A stretch of 64,000 bases of DNA from Vicugna vicugna (GCA_013265495.1 MU057744.1:870001-934000), one strand, 5' to 3'. Positions 37,090 through 51,298 are shown, counted from the stretch's first letter. The notes: generated by a model from the sequence alone, not told the origin. Translations and numbers: made by a program.

Positions 37090-39110
37090 CGTGTTTTAGG
37101 ACAGTCATTTTGGAAAACCACCTGGGAGTCCTTAATTCCACTCCTAGGTATATTTTCCATAGAAATGCACACCAAACGCACCACCAAAGAGCCACCAAAA
37201 TATTTAGTGAAATGGCCTTCAAGTGGAAAACATCCAGCATAATATTATTCAACATAATGTTGAATAAAATAAGATACAAATGAACACATACTGTATTATT
37301 TCATTTATACAAATAGGCAAAACTAATCTTTGCTAGTATAACTCAAAATCACGGTTAACTCCGGAAGGTGCTAATGACTAGGAAAGGACAAGTCATCTTC
37401 TGAGCAGCAACTACATTGTTCTGGAGGGTGGCTGATAGAGCTGAGGCACTTTGTAAAATTAAACTGAACTTTATCCTTAAGGCTTGTATACTTTATTATA
37501 TGTGTGTTATGCTTAAAAAGTTTTCAAACTTACAACTTTTGTTCAACAACAAAAATCTGTAAGCAAAATTCAAAGACAAACCCCAACTCATATAGCCAAC
37601 AAATTATATGAAGAATGCCTACAAATTAATTTCAAAATGCAGCCCCTTCTCCAATGAAGAAAAAAATAGCAGAGTATGAACAGGCAATTTACCTCAAAAT
37701 CTCATCATGCCTTAAGGCCCGGTCCCTGGATCACTACTCCATCTATATCCTACCCTTGGTAATTTCATTCAGGTTTGTGATTTTTAAATACCACACATTC
37801 ACTGAATGACTCCTACACCCAGACCTCTCCCCTGAAACCGAGGTGTGTGTATCCACCTGTCTGCTCCACATTTCCAACTGGATGTCCCACAGGTAGCTCA
37901 AACTTAACAAGTCCAAGGTTGCACTAAAATTTTCCATCAAACTTGCTCCTCCTGCAGGTGTCCCCAGTTCAGTAAACGGCAACTCTTTTTTTAGTTCCAA
38001 ATCTCGTAGTCATTCAAAGCTCCTGTCTTTTTTCATCCAATCTTCAGCAAATCCTATCAGCTCTACCTCCTCGGACTGCCCAGTTTAAACCAGTGCAACA
38101 CCTTCACTCCGAGCCCTCTCCATCCCTCTTCCCTGCATCCTCTCTCCCTGGTCCTCATCACCACCTCACTCACTTCCCATTAACTTTGCTCACGCATATC
38201 TCTGACAGGACGAAGCCGCACGAGGGCAGTAATCTGCTTCTCACGGCACTCCTGTGTCCCTAGAACAGCACCTGGCATTCTGCAGGGATCTGCTTGTTGA
38301 ATAAGGAACCCAAATGTCCAATAAAGAGAGGAGAAAATGTACAGACTCACTAGTGATCAACAAAATATAAATTAAAAAAAGAGACACTATTTCACACTTA
38401 ATCAAACATCATCAACATTTAGCAACAATGCGGAGAACAAGTTCTCAGTACCAGAGGTGGTATACATCCACATGAGTATTTTGGAAAGCCATCACGTAAC
38501 AGTAAGAGCTGCAAGAGGGCAACCCAAGATGCAGCAGCTTAACTATAGTGTACACACACACACACACACAATTATCAAGAACGTTCACGGTGGCATAATT
38601 TGTAGAAGTAAAAATTTTGAAACAACTTAAATGTTCATCAGTAGGGGAACAGATGGGTAAAATATGGTGTATTTATATGATGAAAACCATTCATCAGTTA
38701 AAAGAATGAGACAAGTTCCTGTTTTAACATGCATGTATCTGGAAAGCAAAATGTGCAGTGTAAAAAGAAAGCTGCAGAGTGTCAATGACAGCACTCTATC
38801 ATTTACATAAAGGAAAATAAAATCATATACACCAACCATACATATATATGTATGCATGTATATAAATATACAAAGTTAAAAACAAGAACATGGACTCAAT
38901 ACATACCAAATTGAGTAACCTCTAAGAAAAAAGGGAAGAAAACAGAATTGGGGAATAAACATGGGGGATTTCAAATTTGTCTGTGACATTTCTCTTTTCT
39001 TTAAAACATGGTAGAAGATGTTAAGATTTGTTCATTTGGAGTAGAGGATATTTGGGTCTTTATTATATCATCCTTTCCACTTTGCTATACTAGAATTTTT
39101 CATCAATGAA
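37090..39110. mobile_element. Cluster of old L1 (L1M-type) fragments with an L2 fragment at ~37740-38300
   Basis: aattccactcctaggtatattttcc and aacaacttaaatgttcatcagtaggg are L1 motifs; cccagacctctcccctgaa...atttccaactggatgtccc is an L2 motif; (CA)n at 38552-38570. Confidence 0.6.
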
Positions 39111-39723
39111 AAGATAAGTAAAATTGCTAACTTAAGTCTTTAACAATTATAGTACATAGATACAAATCTAAACAGATAAATCAAAAGAATTTTTATAATA
39201 TTCCATTTCCACTCACAACTACAGATCTACTCAGTCATTTTATACTGCATAATCTGAGACCACTTACAAATAATTTATATTGGCTCTCAAAAGCAGATTT
39301 ATACTTAGAGCTAATAAAGAAAAGTCAACAGAAAAAAAATCTATGAAATGTAACAGTTACGTTAATAGTAACATTTATTGTTCAAAATGTTAACACTTAG
39401 ATTGAATTACCATTTTAGAAAGACTTGTCGGTTCAAGGTCCTTTTCCCATAATAATCAGGAAGGATGGACCTAAAAATCCTGCTAGCTGATAAACTGCCT
39501 AAAATTTTCCTTTTTAACAGAGTCACTATTGATGATTTAGAAATTTAAGAACACATCAGCCAAGAGGAAGCAAAGTTATTGTGGAATTTAGGATAAAGAG
39601 TAACTTTTTCCTTTTAAAAATTAGTTGAAACTATAATGTTTAATCAAAACCACAAGAAAAGTCAGAAGATTTCTAATAGAAACTAAAAGATTATTTTCTT
39701 AATACTATCAAAATACAATGTAC

Positions 39724-39806
39724 CTTAATGTGCTGTTAACTGCTCCCAGTTTGCTAGCTTGCTCACAGTCTTCTAGTTCTTTGGTGTTGTTGGCCACTTT
39801 CAAGTA
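39724..39806 (-). CDS. ERO1B: ERO1B exon 5 ([28 protein letters not shown])
   Basis: 83 nt, AG/GTACAT boundaries; regulatory Cys130 and N-glycosylation sequons NNT and NST. Confidence 0.97.
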
Positions 39807-40779
39807 CTGAAAGGAAGTTCGTAACAAGTAAGTTTAGTGATAACTATTGTGTTTCTCTATGTCGGGTCCCACTAGCAGAAGAGTCAATTTGTCGATGATG
39901 ACATACACTAAATAAAGAGACATCCTATTACCAAAATTCCTAACACATCGAAGAAATGCAAATGCAAATGTGTCACAAATTTCCACCTAATAAATAAAGA
40001 AAGACATTAAAAATGAAACAACAGCACTGGGATGGTGGTGGTGATGAGAACTGAGAAGGCCCTCTTGGGAAAGTAATTTGACAACATTTATGCAGGTCTG
40101 TAGAAAGTAATCCATGAGCCAGTAGTCCCACGAGTGAATCCACATTCAGAGTAACATTTAAAAACAAAAACAATAAAAAGGTACAGTCACTTTAGAAGGT
40201 TATCTGGTACCATCTCTTAATGTTGAGGTAGGCACATCCCAGGGCCCAGCAAACTTACTGCTAAATACAGACGTGGGGAAAGCTTCCGTATGTGCACGGT
40301 GCAGCAAGACAGGATGCCAGGGCATCACCGTCTGCAACAGCAAACAACTGAAAACAAGTGAACTGTCCCTCAACAGAGGAATGGCTGTTCGCACAATTAC
40401 ACAAAGATTTATGCATCTGAATATTTTGCAGCTGTTAAAATTAGCAAAATCTACATATATCAGCAGAGACAAAATTTCAAAAGCACAATACTGAGTAAAA
40501 ATACAAACTGAAAAAAAAGTTTTAACCTGAAGAAATACAAAATATAGTATTGTTTTAAATGTTTAAAAATGTCATATAAAAGATCTGTATGTTACTTGTG
40601 GGCACCAGTACAATAAACTATAAAAATCAAGACCATCACAGAGGGACGCACACCAGCCTGGAAGCTCTCAAATAAAAATATGTAAAAGAGAATGAGCCAC
40701 AACAGAAGGGAACGGAGAGAGGGTAGGACGGTCTCTATCACAAACGCACAATCGTGAAAAACTGCAAGCACGCTGTAAC

Positions 40780-41265
40780 TCCAGACACGCGACCGGCAAC
40801 GTAAACGATGGCGCGCGTAAGGGGAATCTTCACGACAGGAATGTTTTCATGCCGTTTAGAAGCGCCACGCTCAACGCATCTTGGTGACTGTGCACGATAC
40901 GCAGTGCAACCCTGAACACGGCAAGTTCAGACGGCTGCAAACGGCGGACACCGAAGCGGGGCGGCCCACGCCTGCCGGACGCGCGGACGAGGTGGCGGAG
41001 GCCGCAGCTCCTCACGGCCCTTCCGCGGGTTCTGAAAGCGGGACTCAGGCGCTTCAAGAGCAGCTGTGCAAGCTAGCCGTGAGGACACCCGCCACCGCAC
41101 TGCCCGCGCAGGCGAGGGGCGCCGCGTGCTCCGCAAACCGTGCCCGCCCCCAGCGAGCCGCGTCTCGGCGCTCCCGCAGCCCCGCCAGGCGGCGAAGGGC
41201 AGGTTCCACCGTGCGAAGCGCACGCGTTTACGGAGGACAAGCGACTCACCTTGTTAGCGCCCCCA
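40780..41265. other. Intragenic CpG-rich patch at the start of intron 4
   Basis: About 480 bp with dozens of CpGs between strongly AT-rich flanks. Confidence 0.85.
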
Positions 41266-41291
41266 GCTTTAATTCCAACCGGAATTTTACT
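41250..41291 (-). CDS. ERO1B: ERO1B exon 4 (SKIPVGIKAGGANK)
   Basis: 42 nt, ttcttttaAG/GTGAGT boundaries. Confidence 0.96.
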
Positions 41292-42879
41292 CTTAAAAGA
41301 AGAACAACAAAACATTTTTAAATGGCGTTTACATTTTTTGAGATTTCTTCACAGCGTATTAAATGCCACTGCTCTAATTCAAAGGCTGTTTTATTCTATG
41401 AGGAGAAAACACACATTCATTAGAATTGTTTTCGTACTACCTCCTGAGGGAAAAGGTAAAGAGCTATCCCAATTTACAGACTTATAAATCATACTACAAA
41501 AACTGAAACAGAGGAAGTGTCGAAATCAGCTCTAATGACTCTCAAAGCAGTAATAGTTTATATAACGTTCAGGTTAAAAAAAACTGACTCAATCACTTTT
41601 TCCATACACTTTCTGACCACAAAAACCACTTTTTAAAAATTCAAAATTATTTGAAATCTGTATGCTCAATTTAAATTTCTGCTCTAAGCTGACATTCAAA
41701 GTTTGGACAATTCTGGATCAATACTAGAAGGCAAGAGTAAGTTCTCTGGTTCATACGATTAACCTAGGGTTTGCCAATCTAGGTAATCTAGGGTTTACCA
41801 ATGGAAGATCTGCATGTAGGTCCAAAATGCTCTTCTGTAAAGCCATTAATTAGTTTTGGGCTTTAAAAAAATCAATCAATCATTACAACTGTTTTATCAA
41901 ACACAGTCTTAAACAAAAATCGTATCTGAAAGCAGGTAATTCCAGATCAACCCTCTGATCAACCCAGGGGACTAATTTCCAACATTTGCATCTATAGGCT
42001 AACAATCAATATCAAATCACCTATTTTGTTTGTGTTTCATAGGTAAAATTTAACCAACATTCAGAATAAATATTTTCCTGTCAGACTGAATAATGTAAAT
42101 TATAATCATGAGAGACTTTTTCCCAACCAACAAAAAGGTCCTATAGTTAAAATGTTACCAATATTTTATCATTTCAATAATTTCTACCACCTCTAACAGA
42201 GGCAGAAGAGAGAAAACTAAAAAAACTCAAGTCAAACGTAGAAGCTAGTTATCATACCCAGAATGTAAAATATGGAAATAAACACCCATAAAAAGTGCCC
42301 TCTGACTACTGTACGTCCTCTAATGAGTAAAATATGCTAAAAATCAAAATATCAGCAGCTTTTCAAAAGGTTTGATGTGAAATGCAATAACCTGACTTAA
42401 GCACATCTTAATATAGGCCATCAAGAGATACTGGGGTGGGAACCATAGATGATCCTCATGAATAACAAAAATCACAAAAAAGAATCATGAAAAGGAATGA
42501 TAAATGTAAAGCTAATAACAAGCAGCAGCAGTCTGCAAACTACAAAACTAAGTGAGCCTCGAAGTTACACTGGACTTCGAATTGCGGAAGGCAGGTTGAG
42601 ACTGTGTCAAGCCAAGTGTCAATTTTCCCCCAAACATTAGGTTTAAAAAAAAAAAACAACATGAAGGGATAGTTTTTACCTCCAGAAAGAAAGGGAAGAG
42701 AATGGGAAGGGAACAGACAGAAACTTTAAAATACACAAAATGTTGTATTTCTTATGTTGGGGATTTGTGTACAATAAATACTTCCATTTATTCTTATTAG
42801 AAATTTCAGGCTACAAAGGATAACCCACTGCCGACAACGATGATTTTAACATAAATACAACTTGGGAACATAAACTGTG

Positions 42880-43670
42880 CAAAGCCAATTAACTCTCCCA
42901 ACTCAGCAATAAAAAGGAAACTCAATTTTAAAATGGGCAAAGGATCTGAGTAGGCATTTCTCTGGTGAATATATACAAATGGCCAGTAAGCACCTGAAAA
43001 GATGCTTTATATTACTGGCCTTCAGGAAAATGCAAATCAAAACCAAAATGAGATGGCATTTGTAAGGATGGCTAAAGCAAAAGACAAGACAGTAGTCAGT
43101 GCAGACAAGTATGCAGGGAAACTAGAACCATCATGCATTGCTAGTGGCAATGTAAAATGGTACAGCCACAACGGAAATAGTCTGGCAGTTTTCCAACAGT
43201 CAAGGCAACGAAAGACAAATACTGAGGGACTATTCCAGATTAAAAGAAGGCTAAAGAGACATGATGTCCAAACACAAAGTACGACTCTGGATCAGAAACT
43301 GTTGTTGCTGCTGCTGTTAGGGTTGTAAAGCACGTTATTAAGTCAGCTGGCAAGGTGTGATTAAGGTCTACAGGGTAGACATTGGTATCATTTAAATGTT
43401 AATTTCCTGATTTTGCTCATTATGCTGTGGTTTATAACTCTGCTTTTAAGGAGATACACACTGAAGTATCTCAGGGTAAAAGATCATCACATTGGTAACT
43501 TACACCTAAATGGTTCAGAAAATAAAAATATTAGTATATACATATAGAGGCAATAATAAAACAAACTTGATAAACATTAACATTTTGGGAATCTGGATAA
43601 AAAGTATATGGGAATTCATGCAATTTTTCTATAGGCCTGAAATTATTTCAAACTATCAAGTTAAAAAACA
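42880..43670 (+). mobile_element. L1 3' fragment(s)
   Basis: aaaatgggcaaaggatctgagtaggcatttctc, gaaaatgcaaatcaaaacca, gcaatgtaaaatggtacagcca. Confidence 0.8.
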
Positions 43671-44346
43671 TTTTATTCCTTTAAGAAAATGTAAACAATT
43701 TTTAAAAATTTTCCCTTTAGAAAGGATATTGGTTCAGATTTTTTTTCCCGTTTTTAAGGCAAAAAACTAGACTGATTAGATACAAAAAGTAAAATGAAAA
43801 CAAAGCTTATTACTAATTACTGTTTAAAGAATACAATTAATTATGTTAGATTTCAAAAAACAAAGTTTAAAATGTAGGATTCCTTACGAATAAGTACAGC
43901 CCTTGTTTTCTCCGTAAAAAGACGGAGTGAAGATCTAATTTCAAGTCTCAAATTTCCTGACTTTACGCACTCTAATTCCCACTCTAAATTTGAAATTTAA
44001 GGTCCAGTTACACTGTCTCTGCCCATGAAACAAGATGCAGGTTCAGTAAAGCCAACTGTGGATCCAGCCCCGAAACAGGCCTCCAGTTTTCCATCCATTT
44101 TAGAATGAGACTACACTTCTACATCCAGTCACCAACACCACTGGAGACAAGTGTGTCTTCAAACCCATTTTGGTGGCAACTGCAGATTAAATATTCAATA
44201 ATCTGGTTCAAAAGGAGAGAGCTAAGAGCGTACGAATTTTATGACAAGTCCAAATGCATTGACATTAGCCTAAAATATAGACTTCATGCTTATCTAGAAG
44301 TCCAAAAGAAAGCACTTCATTTCTCTATTTTTAAAATGTATTTTAC

Positions 44347-44430
44347 CTCTGGACAAGGCTCTACGTGACAGTCTTTTATTGAACAATGGCCATCTTCTGC
44401 CCAGAAGGGACATGGGCGCTTCAGGTTAAC
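44347..44430 (-). CDS. ERO1B: ERO1B exon 3 ([28 protein letters not shown]), outer/shuttle active site C90-C95
   Basis: 84 nt, AG/GTAAAA boundaries. Confidence 0.98.
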
Positions 44431-45229
44431 CTGGAGAGAAAGGAGGAGTCAGCCACAGTGGGCGTGCGGCTCGGCACTGCAGTGCTCCGAGCATCACCGC
44501 GCACCCCAGCCTGCGGCACAGAGCGCAGGAGTTACAACCACCGAAGCTTCTCAGACACCCAGATAAAACACTAATTTTAAAAAATAAATGACTGCTATCA
44601 GCGCTCTGACACTTCAAAAGAGGACTGAAGTCCAAGCCCGCTGGTCACCTGAAGAACCCAGGAAGCATTCCAGGACCACCTGTTCCTTCCAGCCCAGTTG
44701 TCCCTCACACACCTGTGCACATAAACAGGTGCCCCGAGCACCCCTCTCCGCCCCAGGCCCTGGGGTGGGGGGGCTCTAGGGGATAGAGAGGCAGGAAGAG
44801 CGTTTTCCCCTGCAACTTACAGTGTGCTGGGGGTGACAGAATTATCTATTTGTATGCTTGTTTAATTACAAATTGTGCCACGTGCTACAAGGGAAAGTTC
44901 AGAGTCTTGTGACAGAAAGAATGGGGCTGGTGTTGGAGGCCCCTGCGGAGGCAGTGTTTAGGACAGGGGAGAGTGGGCAGCAATGTGTGGGGAAAGGTGA
45001 CAGGGCCGGGACAATCCCGGGGTCTGAGCAACCGACTTTCAGTGGGGAAGGCAGGGGGCGGCAGAGGAGGGTGGAGTGAGGCAAGACCATGCAGGACATT
45101 TTACCACGGTAAAAACTGTATTTTCATATCCTAAACATAACGAGAAGATGGTAATTCAATAGGACTTCCAGATGGACTGCCCAAGCCCAAAATCAAAGTT
45201 TTGTTTGTGTTTCCTCCCTTTTCATCCCC

Positions 45230-46430
45230 TTCAAACAATGTGTTCTTCACTTCTCACCACCTATCCCCTGCCTGGTCCACTGCAGCCCGTCTCCTGCTCC
45301 TACCATCTATCCTCTGCAAGGCAGCTGTAACTACCTCCTTGAAACATAGTCCAGGCACACCACCCCCACTCAGAGCCTTCCTGAGGCTTCCCGCCACCTG
45401 CAGAGTAAACGGCAAGTCTGCAGTGAGCACCACAGGTCCTGTGTGGCCTGCCCCAGCCCGCTTCTCCAGGCATGGGCCCGTGTGCCGGAGCACAGCACCT
45501 GCTGTCTGTCTCCCGCCTGGCCAGCAGCGTCCTCTGCGCCTGCGCCGGTGCCTCCTCCGGATCTTCTGTGGCTCAACCCCTTCACCCCCTCCATCACTGC
45601 AGCAGACAGCGTCCTGATCGGACTCCCCAGTGTAGGGCCTGCTATGCACCCCACACAGTTCTATACTCTTTCATAGCATTTATCACTCCCCGAATATTAT
45701 TTATTTACTTTTTTACTGTCTGCGACCCCCACTGTAAGGGTCGGGATTTTGCCGATTCTTGTTCGTGATTTTATCCCAGTGCCCAGAACATGTACTAGAC
45801 ACCTTAATAAGCACATGAGCGATGAGGACAGCAATACCCACGTCACAGACGAAGGGGCCAAACAGATAGTGACTGGCTGAACTCCGACCCTGCAGTGTCA
45901 GGAAGGGGAAGTCCTCCTCGGCAAACTGGGTGCGACTAGAGGTTTCCTAGCGAAAGAGGGGTCAGGATGTCTAAGACAGAGAAGCTTAAAACCGCCTGGC
46001 ACGGGTGGGAACCTCAGGTGCCCTCGAGCTCCTGGCTTGTAAATCCAACTGCCTCCGTGGCATCTCAGGGGATGTGCGTGGGCACCTCAACTTATTAACA
46101 CACCTCAAACTGCGCTCTTCCCTCTGCTCGCTCCTGCCAGCTCAGTAAATGGCAACTCTGTCATTCAGGTCTTCAGGCCAAAATCCTGGCATCACCTTTG
46201 GCTCCTTTTCCTCCCCCTACATACACCACTTCCGGAGATCAGGGCAGTTCCAAATCCAAGTCCCTTTAATGGCCGTTCACAGGCCTCCTGTTGTTCCTCA
46301 GATACACGAGGCCCACTGTGGTCTCCAGGCTTGACTCTTGCTGCTCCCTCTGCCTGAAATGTTCTTTCTCCAGATGTCCACATGCTTGCTCTCTCATCCC
46401 TTTAGGTCCTCCTCGAGGGCCACCTTCTCA
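45230..46430. mobile_element. L2 fragments
   Basis: L2 3' motifs (ttcatagcatttatcact, tttatcccagtgcccagaac, ccctctgcctgaaatgttctttctccag). Confidence 0.55.
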
Positions 46431-46494
46431 GCTTGTGGTTTTAAGTTCCTACATTTTAGGCTTATTTGTTATGCAGCAACAGGTAACTAATACC

Positions 46495-46881
46495 CAGTGC
46501 AAGGAGGGGACAGCGGGAGACAGTGCACACGCTGCTCGGGTCACCTTCAGGAGCAAAGGGCTTTTACCCCAGTCCTGGGAAGGTCGCAGGCAGCCAACCT
46601 CAGCTAGAGAGCCACTCTGCCCAGGGTCACACCTCCCCTTCCTACAATGCCCTTCATCCCATGGCAGGTGAAGGGATACAAAAGCCCAGACCTGTCCGTG
46701 AAGTGGGGACAGCTCTGGGGGGCCACCCGAGGCTTCCTTGAGGCTCTCACAGCTTTACTCCTCCCTGTGCCAGCCCTGATGGCCTCCCTCCCCAGAGGCC
46801 AGTGCCCAGAGCATCCCCTAATTACCCTCTCTACACTAAGCACCGCCTCGGAGCCGGCTTCCCAGGGAATTTCCCTGTGAC
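46495..46881 (+). mobile_element. Solo ERVL LTR (LTR16-like)
   Basis: Ends ...gagcatcccctaattaccctctctacactaagcaccgcctcggagccggcttcccagggaatttccctgtgaca, similar to LTR16 3' ends as recalled. Confidence 0.5.
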
Positions 46882-46929
46882 AACTTGTCTGGCTCCCCAA
46901 AAAAACCAACTGGTGTTTTTAGTGGAGTC

Positions 46930-47610
46930 ACATTACTTTTATGTATCAGTCTGGAGGAGAATTAACATCTTTATGCAACAAAAGACATCTATCCATTTGT
47001 CCAAGCCTACTTTTGTGTCTTTCAGGAGTGTTCTGAAGCCTTCTTTCAGGTTTTAGATTTCTTGATACATTTATTCCTATACATTTTATCTTTTCTGCTG
47101 ACGTAAATGGGGATTTCTTTTCCATTATATCTTCGAACTCATCGTTGCTTGTTGTACTTACGAAGATACTGATTTTTTAAATATTAAGTTTAGAGCCTGC
47201 TATCTTGATGCTTTTTTTATCGTTTGTTTTCATTATTTTGCGTTTTCTAGCTCTACTTTTGTCATTTATAAATGGAAGTAGTTTTATTTATTCTTTAAAA
47301 ATTTGTATGACTGGTTGTTTTTTCTTGACTATACTGGCTAATACGGTCCAAAAGTAAAGGAGATAGTTAGTACCCCCATACCATGGTTCCTGACCTAAGG
47401 GAGAACTCCTCTATAGAGTGTTTCCCCAGAAGACACTGCAATGCTGATGTGCTAGGATCGAAACGATCATGTTAAGGAAGTATCCATCATTCTTACTGTA
47501 TTATCTTTTTACAAAATCAGGAGCATGTGTTGAATCTGGCTGAAGTCCTGAAAGTCTCATCCTTGCATTCTTGGAATAAAATCCACTTGGTCATGAAGTA
47601 TTTTTTCATA
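46930..47610 (-). mobile_element. Old L1 ORF2-region fragment
   Basis: T-rich L1 antisense pattern (atttattcctatacattttatc, catccttgcattcttggaataaaatccacttggtcatg). Confidence 0.65.
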
Positions 47611-50497
47611 ATACACTTAAAATGTACGTATCATCTCTGATTTCACTTTTACCCTCATGCCTTACATTCAATCCATCAGAAGAGCCTGCTTGTTACCCTT
47701 CATACATGACACTAATTTGATCATTTTTCACCTGTTCCACCGACTCTTCTATTCCAAACCCTTAGCATCTTTCATCTGGACTACTGCCATGGGCTCCTGT
47801 CCGGATTCTCTATTTCCTGTCTCACACCCTTTCAGTCTGTTTTGTACAAATTCCTCCAGTAGCTTATCACTCTTAAAATCCATCAACCTCTAATTTCTTA
47901 AATCCAGCCCCTACCTACCTCTCCAACGCTCTCATCCGCGTCCTTCCAGCTCCCCAGGTCTTTCATGGCTCACTCTTTTACATTAGGTAGCTCTTTGCTC
48001 AAATGGCACAGCAGGCAGACCACCTTCTTTAAAATAGGGCAGCCGACCTCTCCCACCTCCATTATTCTGTCTCCTGCTTAGCTTTTTCCCCATAGCACTT
48101 ACCTTATAATCATAGGAGATTATACTTTATTATTTACTTGTTTATTGTTTGTTGCTCTAATCATAGTAAGTTTCATGAGATCAGAGTTTCTGTCTTATTC
48201 ACTGTTGTATTCACAGCACCTAGAACATACTCTGCTACAAAGTGATCACTCCATAAATACCTGACAAAGGAACGGAACGGACTGTACAAGAGAGAAAATA
48301 TACACACCAGCCAGAGCAGCCAACTGGCCAGCGGACAGAGGTAGACTGTGGCTTCTACCTGTGTGTCCTTGCTGGCTGAATCTTAGCAAGTGTGTGTGTT
48401 TAAAATTAACCTCTTCTCTTAGCTTTCCTTTCCTGCCACCTTTGTATGTAGAATGCACTGCTGGTGGTTAGATTTCCTTTTGGTTTAATTCACAGGTTGA
48501 CAGAACTAGAAGAGGAGGAGCCACCACCCACACACCCGAGGCTCGGTGCTGGATCCGTGAGCTAGATCACTGCTCTCTACTCCCACTTGGGAGAGAGTGT
48601 AAGTGTATTCTGGTTATATACAGAGCAGTTTCATTATGTTGGTGAGAACATTTTTTAAATTGCACGTATAAAGAGGAACTGTACGTCAGCTAGCCGAGGG
48701 CCACATTGTTATTTCTACCCATCCAACTTTCATTTTTCCTCCTTACGTAACATCCCCTAATTTTCCTGAGAAATAACATGCAAATATACAAATGTTGACA
48801 GGATTTGTCTTTCAATCTTTTGGTCAAGGGCTGGAGTGACATGACCTTACTTAGACGAATTAGACCCTTTCTCTCAGAAATCTGACTCCTGTATAATGTA
48901 AAAAATTGGGAAAATGGTTAATCTGATCCAAAATTTTGGTGGTATCGTAAAGAGAATGACCATTAGTTCCTGCTCTAATTTCTGTATTTTCTGAAACATG
49001 CTTCTTCAGCTTATCTTTCAATTCTGTGAGCTGCTCCACACCTTTTCTTAATAAAACTTGTTTTCTTTGTTAAGGCAACAAAACTGCCCTACCTTAGGAC
49101 ACCTAAACCATTTGTTTCTTCACTTGTAAAATGTGGGCAATACTGGCCTGACAGAATATCTGTGTAAAGATTAAATGAGATATTAATTCATTTACTCAAA
49201 ACATTTGAGTGTCTACTACTGACCAGACCTGCGGGAATACAGGAACAGAAGATACGGCCCCACAAGGGAGGAGCGGGAGGGTGAGGGCTAGGACACACTG
49301 AGCGGAGACATGACGGAGACGTCCCATGAAGGGACGATCTGGGACAGAAGGAGCAGTCCTTCACAGCACTAGACAGAATCATAAGCAAATGGCAGTATTC
49401 AACTCTTCTGACCTCTAAAAGCAGCAACTTCATATGGTTAAGCCTAGCAGCAGAAAGCAAGCAGCTACAAGCACAGATAGATTTATACAGATTCAGAGGT
49501 GGGAATCAAAAGAAGCGATTCTAACCTTTGTTATTTGTAAGTAAAATGTCTAGAATAATAGTCAATAGTTTGCTTAGGCATAGATTTCTTTTTGAAATAA
49601 GTTTATGGAATCTGCATTCCCAAAGGATCTCGTACAGAGGAGAAACATTCGCTTTTTGTATATTCCTGGTGCTGATGGGAAAAGGGGATGAGTTCCCAGT
49701 CTTTAGGTCTCTAATTTGTTACCTTTCTGTACAACTTAAGACTGCCAAAATAATGCATTTTTTAACCCTCAAAACTATTTAAAGGACTAAGATAACCTAT
49801 ACAAACTCAGGATAAAAAAGAAAACCATGCTCAATTTTTAAAATACACTAAAAGGGAAAACCAAAGAAATTATAAACCCAGCTGAATACTGGAGCAAGAT
49901 CACAGACGGGCAAAGCACAAGGGCAGCTTTTACCCCACTGTTCTTTTGCGTTTGCACTGTCGCCGGCGCCAGTTACTCTGCAGAGATCTGGAGTAGATCG
50001 CCAGGCTCCGGAACCAAGGCTGCATCTTCCTGTGCACGGCACTCTGCCTCCATCCCTGGGGCTGGTGTGCCGCCCCGCCTGGCGAGCCAGCCAGTGCAAA
50101 TGCAGTGGGACTCTGCACAGCTGAGGGGACAGCACACGGCACTGCCAGCAGCACACCTCACAGCTGGGCAGGCGTGTCTACGGACAGCACCTAACCTACA
50201 GGGGAGGCGGAGGAGAGGGGGCCTGGGCATCTCTACCTCTGTAGCGGGAGGGGTCACTGCCTCAGAACCCGAACTGAGCAATGAGAAATTCCCCAAACAC
50301 AGAAAGGGGGCTCAGATTCCTAGTGTTCAAAAAGATTAACAGATTTTCACTACTTTTCTTCATACGTTCCAACAATAAAGGATACACACAGGGCGCCGAG
50401 AAGACTAGAAATCTGTTTTCAGGAGAGTCATAAAAAGCACACCTGTGGACTGCTAAATAAGAATCTTCAAGACACTGGAATCAAATGACGATCATAC

Positions 50498-50617
50498 CTT
50501 GTAATAACGGAAATAGTCTCGTTCTTGCAGCTTTTTAATCTTGGGGAAGATTTTGAAGGTGTTGAAGTTGTCAATACTATCAACATCACATAAGCAATCA
50601 TCCAGGACTCCACTGAC
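50498..50617 (-). CDS. ERO1B: ERO1B exon 2 ([40 protein letters not shown])
   Basis: 120 nt, ttttccccctAG/GTATGA boundaries. Confidence 0.98.
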
Positions 50618-50716
50618 CTAGGGGGAAAAATACGTATACATATAATTGAAATGATGTAAATGACTGATGTTTCAACCTTAACAAATCTGTTCCATTATAT
50701 AAAAAGATAAATTATT

Positions 50717-50795
50717 GAGGGGTACAGCTCAGTGGCAGTGTGTGTGTTTAGCCTGCACGAGGTCCTGGGTTCAACCCACAGTATCTCCATCTAAA
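50717..50795 (+). mobile_element. Short tRNA-derived SINE (Vic-1-like)
   Basis: gggggtacagctcagtgg...gaggtcctgggttcaaccc...A tail; near-TSD aaaagataaa(a)ttatt on both sides. Confidence 0.8.
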
Positions 50796-51298
50796 AAAAA
50801 AAAGATAAAATTATTCATTCAAAGGAGCTATTATTTGCTGATTGAAATGTAAAGCAGCCACTTTTTACAACGGTCAACTAAATAAAAAGCAACAGAAGGA
50901 GTCGATATACCCATTGTGAAGGACTAAACATTCTTGGCTAGAGGTCAAAAAGAAAGATACTGAATGCTCTCTCCTTTGCCTAAACATATATAAAATCCAA
51001 ATAGTCATGGAAATGCTAGGGCAGTTTCTTCCAAGACTTACCTAGAAAGCACAGGCTGTAATAACACTGCTGTAGTAACTTTCTTTCAGACCGCCATTTG
51101 TGGAACACTCGTGTGACAGGCATAATGCTAGCAGCATTACATGTAATAACTCATTTATTCTTTAAATATCCTATGAAGTGGTATTATTATCCTCATTTTA
51201 CATACAAGGAAATTAAGGCTTTGCAAGGATAAAATAATTTTTCCAAAGTAGAGATGACACTTACTCCCAAGTCTACTGCACTTTAAAATACATGCTCT

